In this document: one piece after another, positions 13,500-25,500 of the stretch | How the letters are laid out: each line of letters begins with the position of its first letter | Numbering within the stretch: the first letter of the stretch is position 1 | From: Chiloscyllium plagiosum | Taxonomy: Eukaryota | Direction of reading: 5' to 3' | Length of the DNA: 64,000 bases | Assembly (NCBI RefSeq): GCF_004010195.1 | Contig: NC_057710.1 | Location: 95,905,041 to 95,969,040, forward strand | Program-made: the position numbers and the translations under genes | Notes under the pieces: generated by a model | What the model was told of the DNA's origin: nothing | The model's database searches: none | The model's input: only the letters and a program-made list of their open reading frames with translations

Positions 13500-14260
13500 A
13501 CTCCAAAGCTGAAAATTGAAACAGCTGAAAGCTTGGCTACCAGACGTAAAATGGTATGTATTGGGAATGTACAACAACCCGGCATTGGAGGAATGCAGAT
13601 TTCTGAGGATTGTAGGGCAAAAGGAGGTTACAGAAATGCAGAGAACTGAGGCCATGCAAGGATTTGAAATAATGAGAATTTTAACGTTTAAGCACTGTCT
13701 GACTGCAGGCCAATATAGGTCAGCAAGTACAGGATGATTAGTGGACTGAATTAGTTGAGAGTTTAGTTTGCTTCAAGTTTATGGCAAGTGAAAAGTAGTC
13801 GAATAGACAAGTCTGGAGGTGAAAATGCACTTCAGGATTTTAACAGCACTGAGCTTAGAAATAGGTAGAGTAGGGTGATTTTTTGGAGGTGAAAGTAGGG
13901 TAGGCAGTCTGAATAATGACACAGGGATGTAATTGGAAACTCATTTAGCATCAAATAGGCTAAGGTTGTAAAGTGCGGCTCAGCTTTGGATAGTGGCTAA
14001 GGAGTAAACTTGGTGGGAAGAGCTGAAGATAATGGTTTGGTATTGCAAGTGTTTAGTTAGATATAATTTGTCCTTCCAGAACTGGATGTCAGGCCAGTAA
14101 TAAGTCAAATCGGAGATGATTTAGAAAAGATGGTGCACTAGAGCCAGATTTTGTCAGAAAACTTATGGAAACTTGTAAGATTTTGGATGTTGCAACTAAG
14201 GCTGCAAATCGATAGGAGAGGACTAAGAGGAAATACTTGTATCAGTTATCCCTTCGAAGG
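13500..14260 (-). mobile_element. Decayed L2-like LINE fragment
   Basis: Purine-rich, with L2-like tracts; resembles the reverse complement of 57850-58930. Confidence 0.45.
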
Positions 14261-15009
14261 AGTGCTGCACTTAAAGCAGTAAGGCTTGCTTTATCCCCTG
14301 ATTGTAAGTAGGCATGACAAATATAAAGAACTGAAATGTTTTCTTCATTGAAATTTGAAAGCCAAATTCCATTATCCTGCTATGTTTGCTTTCCTGGGGA
14401 GCAAATGCCAGTTTAATGAAGCACATTGAGGTGTGATATATAAAGAGTGCAATGTTGACCCAGGAGTGCCTTAAGTATAACATCAAAAAGCTTTTATCGG
14501 TTCCCCTCCTGTGGCATGATGAATTTTTTTTCTCTCACAGTGTATTAGACGAGCTTATAGTTTATCTCAGCAGCTAGATTAGCAAGCGTGCTGATCAACA
14601 TTTTGTCTTCCTGTCAAATCTGCCACTGGACATCAAACATATTCTAAGGATATTAGTGATGCCTGAAATAACTCCAGTAACCCTGAGTAGTTGAACCATT
14701 CTTAAATATGTCTCCAATATAAAAGGATATTTGCAGGTGGGGAAAATTAATTTGACTCCCTTGGTGCCTGATATGTAGGAATTATGCAAAGTAAAATTCT
14801 TTTGTGCAGATTCGTTTGTTTTGGTATAACAGATAATGCTGTTAAATATATAACATATCTTGGGGAACCTAATAGGCAGATGCTTTTCAATTATGCAATA
14901 AATTGGTATTACACTTGCTGTGAAGCCAGATATACTGGTCACTCTTAATCTGGAAGTTATTTTTAAATTAAGATCATCATATAGTTATGAATTTTATTTT
15001 TCTGAAGTT

Positions 15010-17540
15010 GGAACAGACATAGCAATTACAGAAACATGGCTCAGGGATGGGCATGACTGGCAGCTTAATGTTCCAGGTTACAAATGCTACAGGAAAGATA
15101 GAAAGGGAGGCAAGAGAGGAGGGGGAGTGGCATTTTTGATAAGGGATAACATTACAGCTGAGCTGAGGGAGGATATTCCCGGAAATACATCCAGGGAAGT
15201 TATTTGGGTGGAACTGAGAAATAAGAAAGGGATGATCACCTTATTGGGATTGCATTATAGACCCCCCAATAGTCAGAGGGAAACTGAGAAACAAACTTAT
15301 AAGGAGATCTCAGCTATCTGTAAGAATAATAGGGTGGTTATAGTAGGGGATATTAACTTTCCAAACATAGACTGGGACTGCCATAGTGTTAAAGGTTTAA
15401 ATGGAGAGGAATTTCTTAAGTGTGTACAAGACAATTTTCTGATTCAGTATGTGGATGTACCTACGAGAGAAGGTGCAAAACTTGACCTACTCTNNNNNNN
15501 NNNNNNNNNNNNNNNNNNNNNNNNNNNNNNNNNNNNNNNNNNNNNNNNNNNNNNNNNNNNNNNNNNNNNNNNNNNNNNNNNNNNNNNNNNNNNNNNNNNN
15601 NNNNNNNNNNNNNNNNNNNNNNNNNNNNNNNNNNNNNNNNNNNNNNNGGGAATGCTGGATGACTAAAGAAATTGAAGGTTTGGTTAAGAAAAAGAAGGAA
15701 GCATATGTAAAGTATAGACAGGGTAGATCGAGTGAATCCTTAGAAGAGTATAAAGGAAGTAGGAGTATATTTAAGAGGGAAATCAGGGGGCAAAAAGGAA
15801 ACATGAGATAGCTTTAGCAAACAGAATTAAGGAGAATACAAAGAGTTTTTACAAATGCATTAAGGATAAAAGGGTAACTAGAGAGAGAATAGGGCCCCTC
15901 AAAGATCAGCAAGGCAGTCTTTATGTGGAGCCGCAGACAATGGGGGAGATACTAAATGAATATTTTGCATCAGTATTTACTGTGGAAAAGGATATGGAAG
16001 ATATAGACTGCAGGGAAATAGATGGTGACATCTTGCAAAATGTCCATATTACAGAGAAGGAAGTGCTGGATGTCTTGAAACGGGTAAAGGTGGATAAGTC
16101 TCCAGGACCTGATCAGGTGTACCCTGGAACTCTGAGGGAAGCTAGAGAAGTGATTGCTGGGCCTCTTGCTGAGATATTTGTATCATCGATAGTCACAGGT
16201 GAGGTGCTGGAGGTTGGCTAACGTGGTGCCACTGTTTAAGAAGGGTGGTAAGGACAAGCCAGGGAACTATAGACCAGTGAGCCTGACGTCGGTGGTGAGC
16301 AAGTTGTTGGAGGGAATCCTGAGAGACAGGATGTACATGTATTTGGAAAGGCAAGGACTGATTAGGGATAGTCAACATGGCTTTGTGTGTGGGAAATCAT
16401 GTCTCACAAACTCAGAGAGAGTGATTGAGTTTTTTGAGGGAGTAACAAAGAGGATTGATGAGGGTAGAGCAGTAGATGTGATCTATATGAACTTCTGTAA
16501 GGCCTTTGACAAGGTTCCCCATGGGAGATTGATTAGCAAGATTAGATCTCGTGGAATATAGGGAGAACTATCCATTTGGATACAGAACTGGCTCAAAGGT
16601 AGAAGACAGAGGGTGGTGGTGGAGGGTTATTTTTCGGACTGGAGGCCTGTGACCAGTGGGGTGCCACGAGGATTGGTGCTGGGTCCTCTACATTTTGTCA
16701 TTTACATAAATGATTTGGATGCGAGCATAAGAGATACAGTTACTAACTTTGTAGATGATACCAAAATTGGACAGTGAAGAGGGTTACCTCAGATTACAAC
16801 AGGATCTGGACCAGATGGGCCAATGGGCTGAGAAGTGGCAGATGAAGTTGCAGGTTCATAGCTCCTTGAAAGTGGAGTTGCAGGTAGATAGGATAGTGAA
16901 GAAGGCGTTTGGTATGCTTTCCTTTATTGGTCAGAGTATTGAGTACAGGAGTTGGGAGGTCATGTTGCAGCTGTACAGGTCATTGGTTAGGCCACTGTTG
17001 GAATATTGCGTGCAATTCTGGCCTTCCTATCAGAAAGATGTTGTGAAACTTGAAAGGGTTCAGAAAAGATTTACAAGGATGCTGCCAGGGTTGGAGAATT
17101 TGAGCGAGAGGGAGAGGCTAAACAGGGTGGAGCTGTTTTCCCTGGACTGTCAGAGGCTGAGGGGTGACCTTATAGAGGTTTACAAAATTATGAGGGGCAT
17201 GGATAGGGTAAATAGGCAAAGTCTTTTCCCTGGGGTCACGGAGTCCAGAACTAGAGGGCATGGATTTAGGGTGAGAGGGGAAAGATATAAAAGAGACCTA
17301 TAGGGCAAGGTTTTCACACAGAGGATGGTACGTGTATGGAATGAGATGCCAGAGGAAGTGGTGGAGGTTGGTATAATTGCAACATTTAAGAGGCATATGG
17401 ATGGATATATGATTAGGAAGGGTTTGGAGGGATATGGGCCGGGTGCTGGCAGGTGGGACTAGATTGGGTTGGGATATCTGGTCAGCATGGATGGGTTGGA
17501 CTGAAGGGTCTGTTTCCATGCTGTACGTCTCTATGACTCT
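15010..17540 (+). mobile_element. CR1-clade LINE (HER1-like), 5'-truncated ORF2 with APE endonuclease and reverse transcriptase, broken by stops, frameshifts and deletions
   Basis: ORF fragments IAITETWL, HYRPP, VGDINFPNIDW (APE) and KSPGPD, PGNYRPVSLTS, SQHGF, KAFDKVPH, LVRPLLEYCVQFW (RT); 3' tail ctctatgactct. Confidence 0.95.
15494..15647. other. Assembly gap (154 N) inside the CR1 LINE
   Basis: Run of N. Confidence 0.99.
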
Positions 17541-19289
17541 AAATGCTTGCATGAAGGGCTGACATTTACACCTTTTAATCTATACACTGCAGGTTAGTGA
17601 GTACAGCTGTGTAGTCTAGGCCTCTCTTTACATGTTTCTTTCTAGTCTGATCTCTTCTGCTCTGCTGATGTCAGAGTAAGGTCATCATTTGCATATTCCA
17701 TTATACCTCACCCTACCTCCTACCTCTGGTTCTCTCCCACTTGATTTATGGTAATTCCAGTAATTTATTTTTAATTATTTGCATGGTTATTATCATTTAC
17801 ATCATTATCATAAACCCCTCTTCCACAAAGTCCAGGTTTCTCAGACTGAAATGATTTGGGACTCACAACTGATTTAGTTTCTTGATTTTCACACAAGAGT
17901 AATCGTTCTTTACCAAGCCTGGAATTGTTATACCATTCTATAAAGTATTCATTATATTTATTGGATATCTTTGATCCACATCCTGTGATAATTGTACTCA
18001 GTCTCACTTGGCCCATTGGAGACACTGTACCAGAATAAGTAAATTGTTTGAGTTCGCAGGTATTCATGTTTACAAACCAATCCTAGTCACCTAGGTTCAT
18101 TCATCCTTTTGTAAAATGGCCATTCTCTAAGTGTACAGCAGGATGTGATACAAAACTGTAAGCCCTATTTTCATGCTACTTTTTAAAAATAGGTTTAAAA
18201 TGAACAAATACTTCATTTATGTACTTGCACCAAGTGAAATACTGAAGACCGTGTGAGCATTTTTAGAAAGCATTTCTCATTAGGATCTAATCCGAATTTA
18301 TAAGACCTTAAGAAATAGGAGCACAATAGACCTTTCATCTATCAAGGTTTGCTCCACTGTTTGATAAGATGAAGGAGCAATCTGAGGGTGAGGGCAAGAA
18401 TTTTCAATTAGATAGAATTAAATACAGGGAAGCATCAAAACCTAAATGCAGAGACTAATGGAGGTGATGGGTGAGTGTAAGTTAGTGCTCTATTATAAAA
18501 TCTCACAATATAATGGGTGCTCGATGGCTCGATGTGCGTGTGCTAGCTCTTTGGAAGAGTTACCCCATTGGTCTTGGTCCTGATTTCAGCAGGAAACACC
18601 TGTCCTAGGCTGTATACTAGCATGTCTAATTTTTAAATGCGGAAAGATCAATTGTGAAAAAGACACTCCAGACTATTCCCACCAACCCTTCTCCCAACAA
18701 GGTAACTCAAGGTACATGAAAACAAAGGATTTGACGCCATTGGTGGGACTCTACTTGTGATTACTAATAGGGTCTATATAGTATTTCATTTTAGTTGAGT
18801 ACCTCACCTTTTCTGTGTCCATTTTGAAGTGCAGAAACTAAGGTTGGATAAAAGTCATTGTATTAATGTATGTTCATAGGGTACCAACACTGTAGTGTTT
18901 CTGGTATTCAGGCTAAAAGCAGTGGGCAATGAGGTGGAAGACTTTAGAAATACAACTACTCCATCTCTTTAAAAAAACATTGAAGATGAATATTTTATAA
19001 CAATGCAGTTGTAATGGAGTTTTTTGAAAGTAAGACCTTCAGTTGCGTAGCTATTATCCAACACTTTTTGCCTAGGCTAATCAAAAAACACATCTTTGTC
19101 AGTTGCTTTGGAAGTTCTACTCTAAAGGGAATCAACAAAAATGTATAGTTTTTATGAAAATCAGAACATTTTAAGTGTTTGCCGTTAGAGAATGATCACA
19201 TTGCATCCAGTTTATTAAATGTTTATAATTATCTGTTCAGCTGTCCAGATCCAGAAAAAATGTAGTCCCAGCTCAAGGCTTTAAGTTTA

Positions 19290-19500
19290 ATCATAGAATC
19301 CCTACAATGTGGAAGCAGATCATTCGGTCCATCAGCTCCACACCTACTCTCTGAACTGAACTCCAGGATGAATATTTCCCATCAAGCACCACCCTCTGTC
19401 GTCTTACAGCTAGCCAATTTCTGATCCAAACCGCTAAATCACACTCAATCCCATGCCTCCGTATTTTGTGCATTAGCCTACTGTGGGGAACCTTCATCCC
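19290..19500 (-). mobile_element. CR1 fragment: RT segment fused to a 3' tail
   Basis: Minus-strand translation KVPHSRLMHKIRRHGIECDLAVWIRNWLAVRRQRVVLDGKYSSWSSV followed directly by a tail ending gattctatga. Confidence 0.75.
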
Positions 19501-22500
19501 ACACTGTGGGGATTCTAGAAAATAATAACAAACTGTACAGCAATTAGGCAAGAGTAGGTAATAACAGGATGATAATACATGCAAATGAGCTTCTCAGTGC
19601 TCACTAGTGAGATTCCTGAATGCCATTCAAATCTTGGGTAGAAGATCGTAATGTTTTTCTCAATACTTCAATCAAGAATTTCATTTTAATCTTGCCATGT
19701 TTACCCATTTAACATGGGGTGTATTGCCCACAAATCATTCAGGGATTGGAATTAATGTCATCTGTTTGAGCGTTAAATGGATTAATCCGGAAGAAGTCTC
19801 TGACTTGGTATTAAAGATCTTTTATTCAATACAGCTAGGTTAGATGGATCTTAGTTTAATATGGTATCCAACAGTGAGCATTTCCAACCCCAGTTTATCT
19901 TAAGGCAATATCTTCTTTGTGATCGTGCAATGGAAGTTTCACACAGTATTCATAGAGTGTGATTTGTCCCTTCTATAACAACAATACAACCTAATTTATT
20001 AGCCAATGTGGCAAAACTTTGCTAATGCAATCCAATGCTCCCTGTACCTTTTCCGACAACATCACTTTCTCAGTAATGCACAGAACTGTCAGCCCAGACT
20101 ATGTGCCAAAGTCTGTAAAATGCAGCTTATTCCAACACTTTTTAACTCAAAAATGTGACTGTTATCACTGAACCATAATGGAAACAGATTAAGAAAAACC
20201 TTTAACATCCAAAGTTACCAGCAAAAGCTACTGACACAAACTTTATTATTTTGCTGGTGCATGCTTCCTTAACTGTTATCCTTATCTCAATTTAAGCACA
20301 TTATTGTGCAGTATAGACAGGGTATGATCACAGCCAACACTCCTATTCCATTGGGGGGGGGGAAATGGGAAAGCAATACTTTCTGGACAAAAGCTTGCAT
20401 CCTATTTCCTTTCTTTTAAAATAAGCACAAATTTCCTTTCTAAAACAGGCACTTGTACTGATTTCCTACTTACTCAGTCCTTTTTTATCCCCCATACCCC
20501 TCTCAATGGTACTGCAAATTTGTAAGTGAAAATTGGTAGGATCTGTTAGTTAACATTGAGAAATTTCTGTAGAACAGATGGGATAAACATAACCACATTG
20601 CACCAGTAACAATGCTGAGTTAAAAGCCAAATTTTACAAAAAAAGTTTCATAAATTTTATTAGTATTTACATATTTGTTATAGTTAAAGTATAATGATAA
20701 AATGTCAACACTGCTGTTCTGCAGTTAATGGATAGGAAAGTGGTTTCAATATATATGAAAATGTAATCCTCTGGGCATTCAGAAGCTCCCATTATACAGT
20801 GTTGTAATTTAAACTGCTGGTACTTCAGAATGATTCATTGCCTGGTCATCAGTTATGATGTAGCATCACTGCCTTTTTCAAGGCTGCTCAAAACATAATT
20901 ATCAAAGCCTTTGCCATTTGCAGCTGCCACCAAATAGATAATATCAAGCAAATCCATACCAAACCCTAAATTATTTCTACTTTGTTTATTTATCAGACAT
21001 ATACAAACAGAAATGTTTTGTCCCGTGGAATCAGCTATGTAGATTGTAAGCATCCATTCTTTGTGTGGCACAGACATACTGTTCTCTGAAGACAAGGGTT
21101 ATTGTCTCCCTTTACACAGAAAATTTGTTTTGTTTTTGGATTACGTTGGGTAATCTTGAGCACAACCTGAGTCTTGATTTGAGGAGTTAATCACTAATCT
21201 AAAATTAAATGCTATTTTTCATTCTGAAAAGCCTTTGTTTGGATAGTGCTCTTTATAACTGCATGTGTTTCCTTAGTTCAGTATATCCCTGTGTTCTGAG
21301 ATACAGAAAGGGTTTATGAAATGTGTGCCCTTGTGTGTCCTTTACAACATTGTAGGAATGCAATGCAATTTCAGCTTTGTGGAAGGCGGGTTTCTACCAA
21401 CCAAAAAAAAATCAGTTAAGAGTTAGAAAGTATTCTACATGAAATCATACCTTCCGCACCGCCTCAAACTTAACAAGAATTAGACGTTGGCACACTCCAA
21501 TTAATGTCAATGCCATAAAAGCCACATTGTGTGCTTTTACTCTGCACTGCAACCACAACAGCATTGTGGTGAGGATAGTTTCTTTACCAATCTTGGTATC
21601 CTTGATTTCGTTTTGATTACACACTTGGTTTTGTCGAAGAGGGTGAATGTGTAGCTTTTTGAGCCTTAAGACTGCTGCTTTACTTTAAGACATGTGTCCA
21701 GTGGAAATATTGGTGAAGTAGATCAGATGGAGATGTGCTGCGCATGCTTCTCTTTAACCTTTTTCTCCCATCCCCCCACTTCAGTTGTCTGAGTTTATAC
21801 TGGTCGGAGTTCCCGTTCACAGTCTTGTTGCTGAGAATATGTGCTTTGCCCTAATGCATTTCATTCCAACCGATCATGTTGTAATCCACTTCAGGTATTA
21901 TGGACATAATCTACTCTTGAAGAAATCTGGCTTCATGTTCCATTGAAACTGACTTCGATTGGTTAGGTTTAGGATTAGGGTTTGGGTTTGCATTTGTGGT
22001 GGCATATTTGCCTTTGGGGAAAGGTAAATGAGCCAGGACAAAACTGCCATTTAGTAGGCTAGTGTTGTTCATAAAGGCCATGTAGTGGTATTCTTTCATT
22101 GATGGATGAGAGATTTTGACTGATTCATCATCAAGGATTTGATTGTATAGCACTAGTTTCAAAGGTCAGTGGATTGAAATCAGCTTTTGACCTGCTGCTG
22201 AAGAATAAGCAAATAAGGGGTATTCTCTTCCCCTTTTCTCCCCCACTCACTCCCACCCTCCTTCAATGGAGCATTTCAGTCCAATCTATCTCTAAATGGT
22301 AACTGGTCCTTGTTACCACATGCATTTAGAGTGAAAATATCATAGTTTTTGGAAGATTTGCTAAAATACCTCATTCAAAGCAAATTTCTAGTTTGAATTG
22401 ATTTCAAATTTTAATCTGCCATCAATTCTTAACTTAAACATATGATTATAATGTACTGTATCACACACGTTAAATGAAGAATTCATCCAAATTGAGCACA

Positions 22501-25500
22501 GGGTACAACCTTTAAGCACCTTTAGGTTGGACGAATTTAGTTGGATTAAAGAAAAGTTGGCAATGCAACCTTCAGGTAGGGTCGATGGCAACTGTTTCTG
22601 ATCATTCCACTTTGGAGAGCACCAAAATAGATTCAGATGGGGATGCTCAGCGAAAACTTTGGGAAATAGTTGTCGGCAGGTCAGAACCATTTAGATTTCT
22701 GTGGAGAATATGAAACAGTGTCACATGGAGCTGTGGAGAGAAGACTGGAATTAAAGGGATGCTTGGTATACATGAAGGAGTAGCTGATGATGTGACAAGG
22801 GGCAGTTTAGAGGCATTTATAGTCAGGAGAGTATTGTTTAAACATTGTCATAACTCACTTGACATGAATGAATTGTTTCTAAGCTGTAGATTCTGTGTAA
22901 TTGTTACAACTTTTTTGTTCACTAAGCAATGACTTTTGTCCCATTCAAAACATCTTAAACAGAACATGATGTCTAACCTTTCGATGTAGAGAACACCAAA
23001 GGCTGAATTGGTTTGTCTGATTCTCTCATCAATCATATAAAGGAAATATTATTCTGCTAAGACTAGTGTAAGAATAATCTGTATATTTATGTAGTTGATG
23101 GATATGTTTAAAAGGGATATTGATCTGCACTTGGTATACAAGAACTCCCCTACCTGCCCATGTATCTTTGCACCAGTCACTGGTATTGCGTCTATTTACC
23201 TCTGTCTGCTCCTTGGTTGTATTGCGTTTGATTTATTTCTAGTTTATATTATATAAATATAGATTGCTGTAAGTAAGCTAGAGCCTCATAACAATTCACT
23301 GAGAGATTAGATCCAGGTTAATTGGAAGAAACCTTGATCCTTGGGGTTGACTAGTTGGATGAGAAAACTCTGAATGTTGTACCAGATAGGTCTTACCCTA
23401 CAGCGTATTACCAATTAAAAATACAAATTGCAAGATGGAAATTGAATTGACACATCAAGTCTGGTCAAGGCATTGCTGTGGAGAATGCACTAGTGAATTA
23501 TTGTCTCCCATGCTTCAATCTAATTTTAAAAAGGCATAATGTCTGGATTCTATTCTTTTTCATGAAGCAGACAGGTTCCTGGGAATGAAGATGTGTACCT
23601 CTAGCTAACCACATGCAAGTCAGACTGATGACCTTAAACTGAATGTTAGTGTATTTCTTAAGACATTTGGTATTGTTCAGTAAGTGCTGTCCAATTGCAG
23701 AATCGCATTATGTACAGAGTACTACATAGTACAGTAGTGACCTCTGTAGTTCGTTGGATAACAGAATAAAATGCTACGTTGTCAGTGTAGAATAGTGCCA
23801 GGTTTTTCTGAGGTTCGAGGTTGTTAGAAAGAAACCTGTAAAATCACGTTTTATTTTTGCAGAAAACTCCATCTTAAAAATATTACCAGTGTAGCTGTTA
23901 TTGTGTTAAAATTTAAAACGTTTGTAATGCTTTATTTTTCAACATATTGCTAACGATTTTTGACCGAATAATATTTTTTGAGAGAAGTCGCAATGAAAGA
24001 TTGATGAAGTATAGGTATCTGCTGATAAAAATTTAATCCTAGATAATGCTTGCTTCTTTGCCTCTGGCAGTAATGACTTCAAGTCATAATTCTTGTATGA
24101 TTTTGCTGCTCTTTGTAGACAGTTTTTGATTTGAAATTGTACTGTGAGATATTAGTAACAACGTATTGACTGGATTGTGTGGGATGCCTTTGTTCTGCGA
24201 TTTCATCCAAGGCTTCAGGTCATTTGTTTTAAATTGCATTCTTTAACTCCACCCATGAACAAATGTAACGAAAGAGAAGATTCCCTTTGGGCAAAAGAGC
24301 CAGATTGTTTAATTTTTAATTCAGTTTTAGACAGATGTGGGGGGTGGGATTTTGTGGGGATTGGGAGATGAGTTGTAAGCTGTTGATAAGAAAAGCAGAG
24401 CAATATAGTTTTGATGGGGAAATGTCAGAACATATGAACCAGGAGCAGAAGTAGGCAGTTTCACCCGTTAAGTCTTCTTTTCATATCTTGTTCAAAAAAG
24501 CGAACAGCTTGTTACAACACACCGAAACAAAAAAACTCTTATGCAAATGGCAAGCAGTATTTAGTATTGTTATAGATTTAATATCTGAATAATAGAATCT
24601 TCCAAGTTTAAAATTGGGAACGGTCCTTCAATGATTCTTACTGAAACCACCAACTTTGAATGGTTCTAAAAGTAGGGCATCTTAAACTGACACTTAATTA
24701 TGGCAGGGTTATAATATTTCTTAATGTGATGGTGGTGGTGAAGTTCAAAGTTTAGATGACAATAAGATGGTCTGGTGGCAGTTACAAGTTGAGAAGCATC
24801 TTAAGTATCAAAGGGGTACGAAAAGCAAAAGGTCAGATTCCGATGGGTATTGGGTTGATCTTGATGTCGAGTTCAGTACATTCACTTTGCAGAGAGAAGT
24901 GGAAATCTGGTGATCTTGCTTAATAGATAGCACAACAGGCCAGAATGACCCCATTTATCACTCTGATCCTTTTATTATGCAGGGAAAGAACTCCACATTT
25001 CTTCTGTGTCTCCCAATCAGAATTGCAGACTAATGCTTCCATTCTGACACATCTATCATATTGTAGAATAGTGGAGAACGGGATTACAGATAAGATGAAT
25101 ATATAGTTACAGTGCCAAGTAGGTAAAGTGCCATTGGTAAGGAGTAGTGTACCAGATAAGTAGCGTGCCAGGGTACAAGGTGACTAGAGAGCAAGATAAG
25201 TGATGGAGTCTTTAAGGCAGGTCAGGGTGGATGGTAGATATTGGGTCTGGGCAGTCCTGGTAGGGGCTGGGGGGAGTTTTGTGTCAGGATGGATCCAGTA
25301 GTATAGAGGGAGGGATCTGGTGCAACTGCAGGGTAAAGAGCTGTCAGGTCTGGAGCATGGCCGAGCATGAGGAGTCACTTATTCTGGCAGCAGGACCAAA
25401 GTGTCGGGTCCAGCACGGGTAGGTGAGTCAAGTCCAGCGGCAGGGCAAGGATGGCATGTCCTGGATATTGGCGATGACATGGGGAAGTGTCAGGTCAGGG

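Noticed and set aside
14920-17303. Longest ORFs in the track (248, 120, 182 aa) as host genes
   Set aside because: They are broken pieces of CR1 ORF2, and two are inflated by the N gap.
21959-21990. Telomere-like ttaggtttaggattagggtttggg
   Set aside because: Only one exact TTAGGG within about 30 bp of degenerate low-complexity sequence.
23265-23280. Donor-like ctgtaagtaag
   Set aside because: No convincing acceptor, promoter features or in-frame reading could be tied to it.
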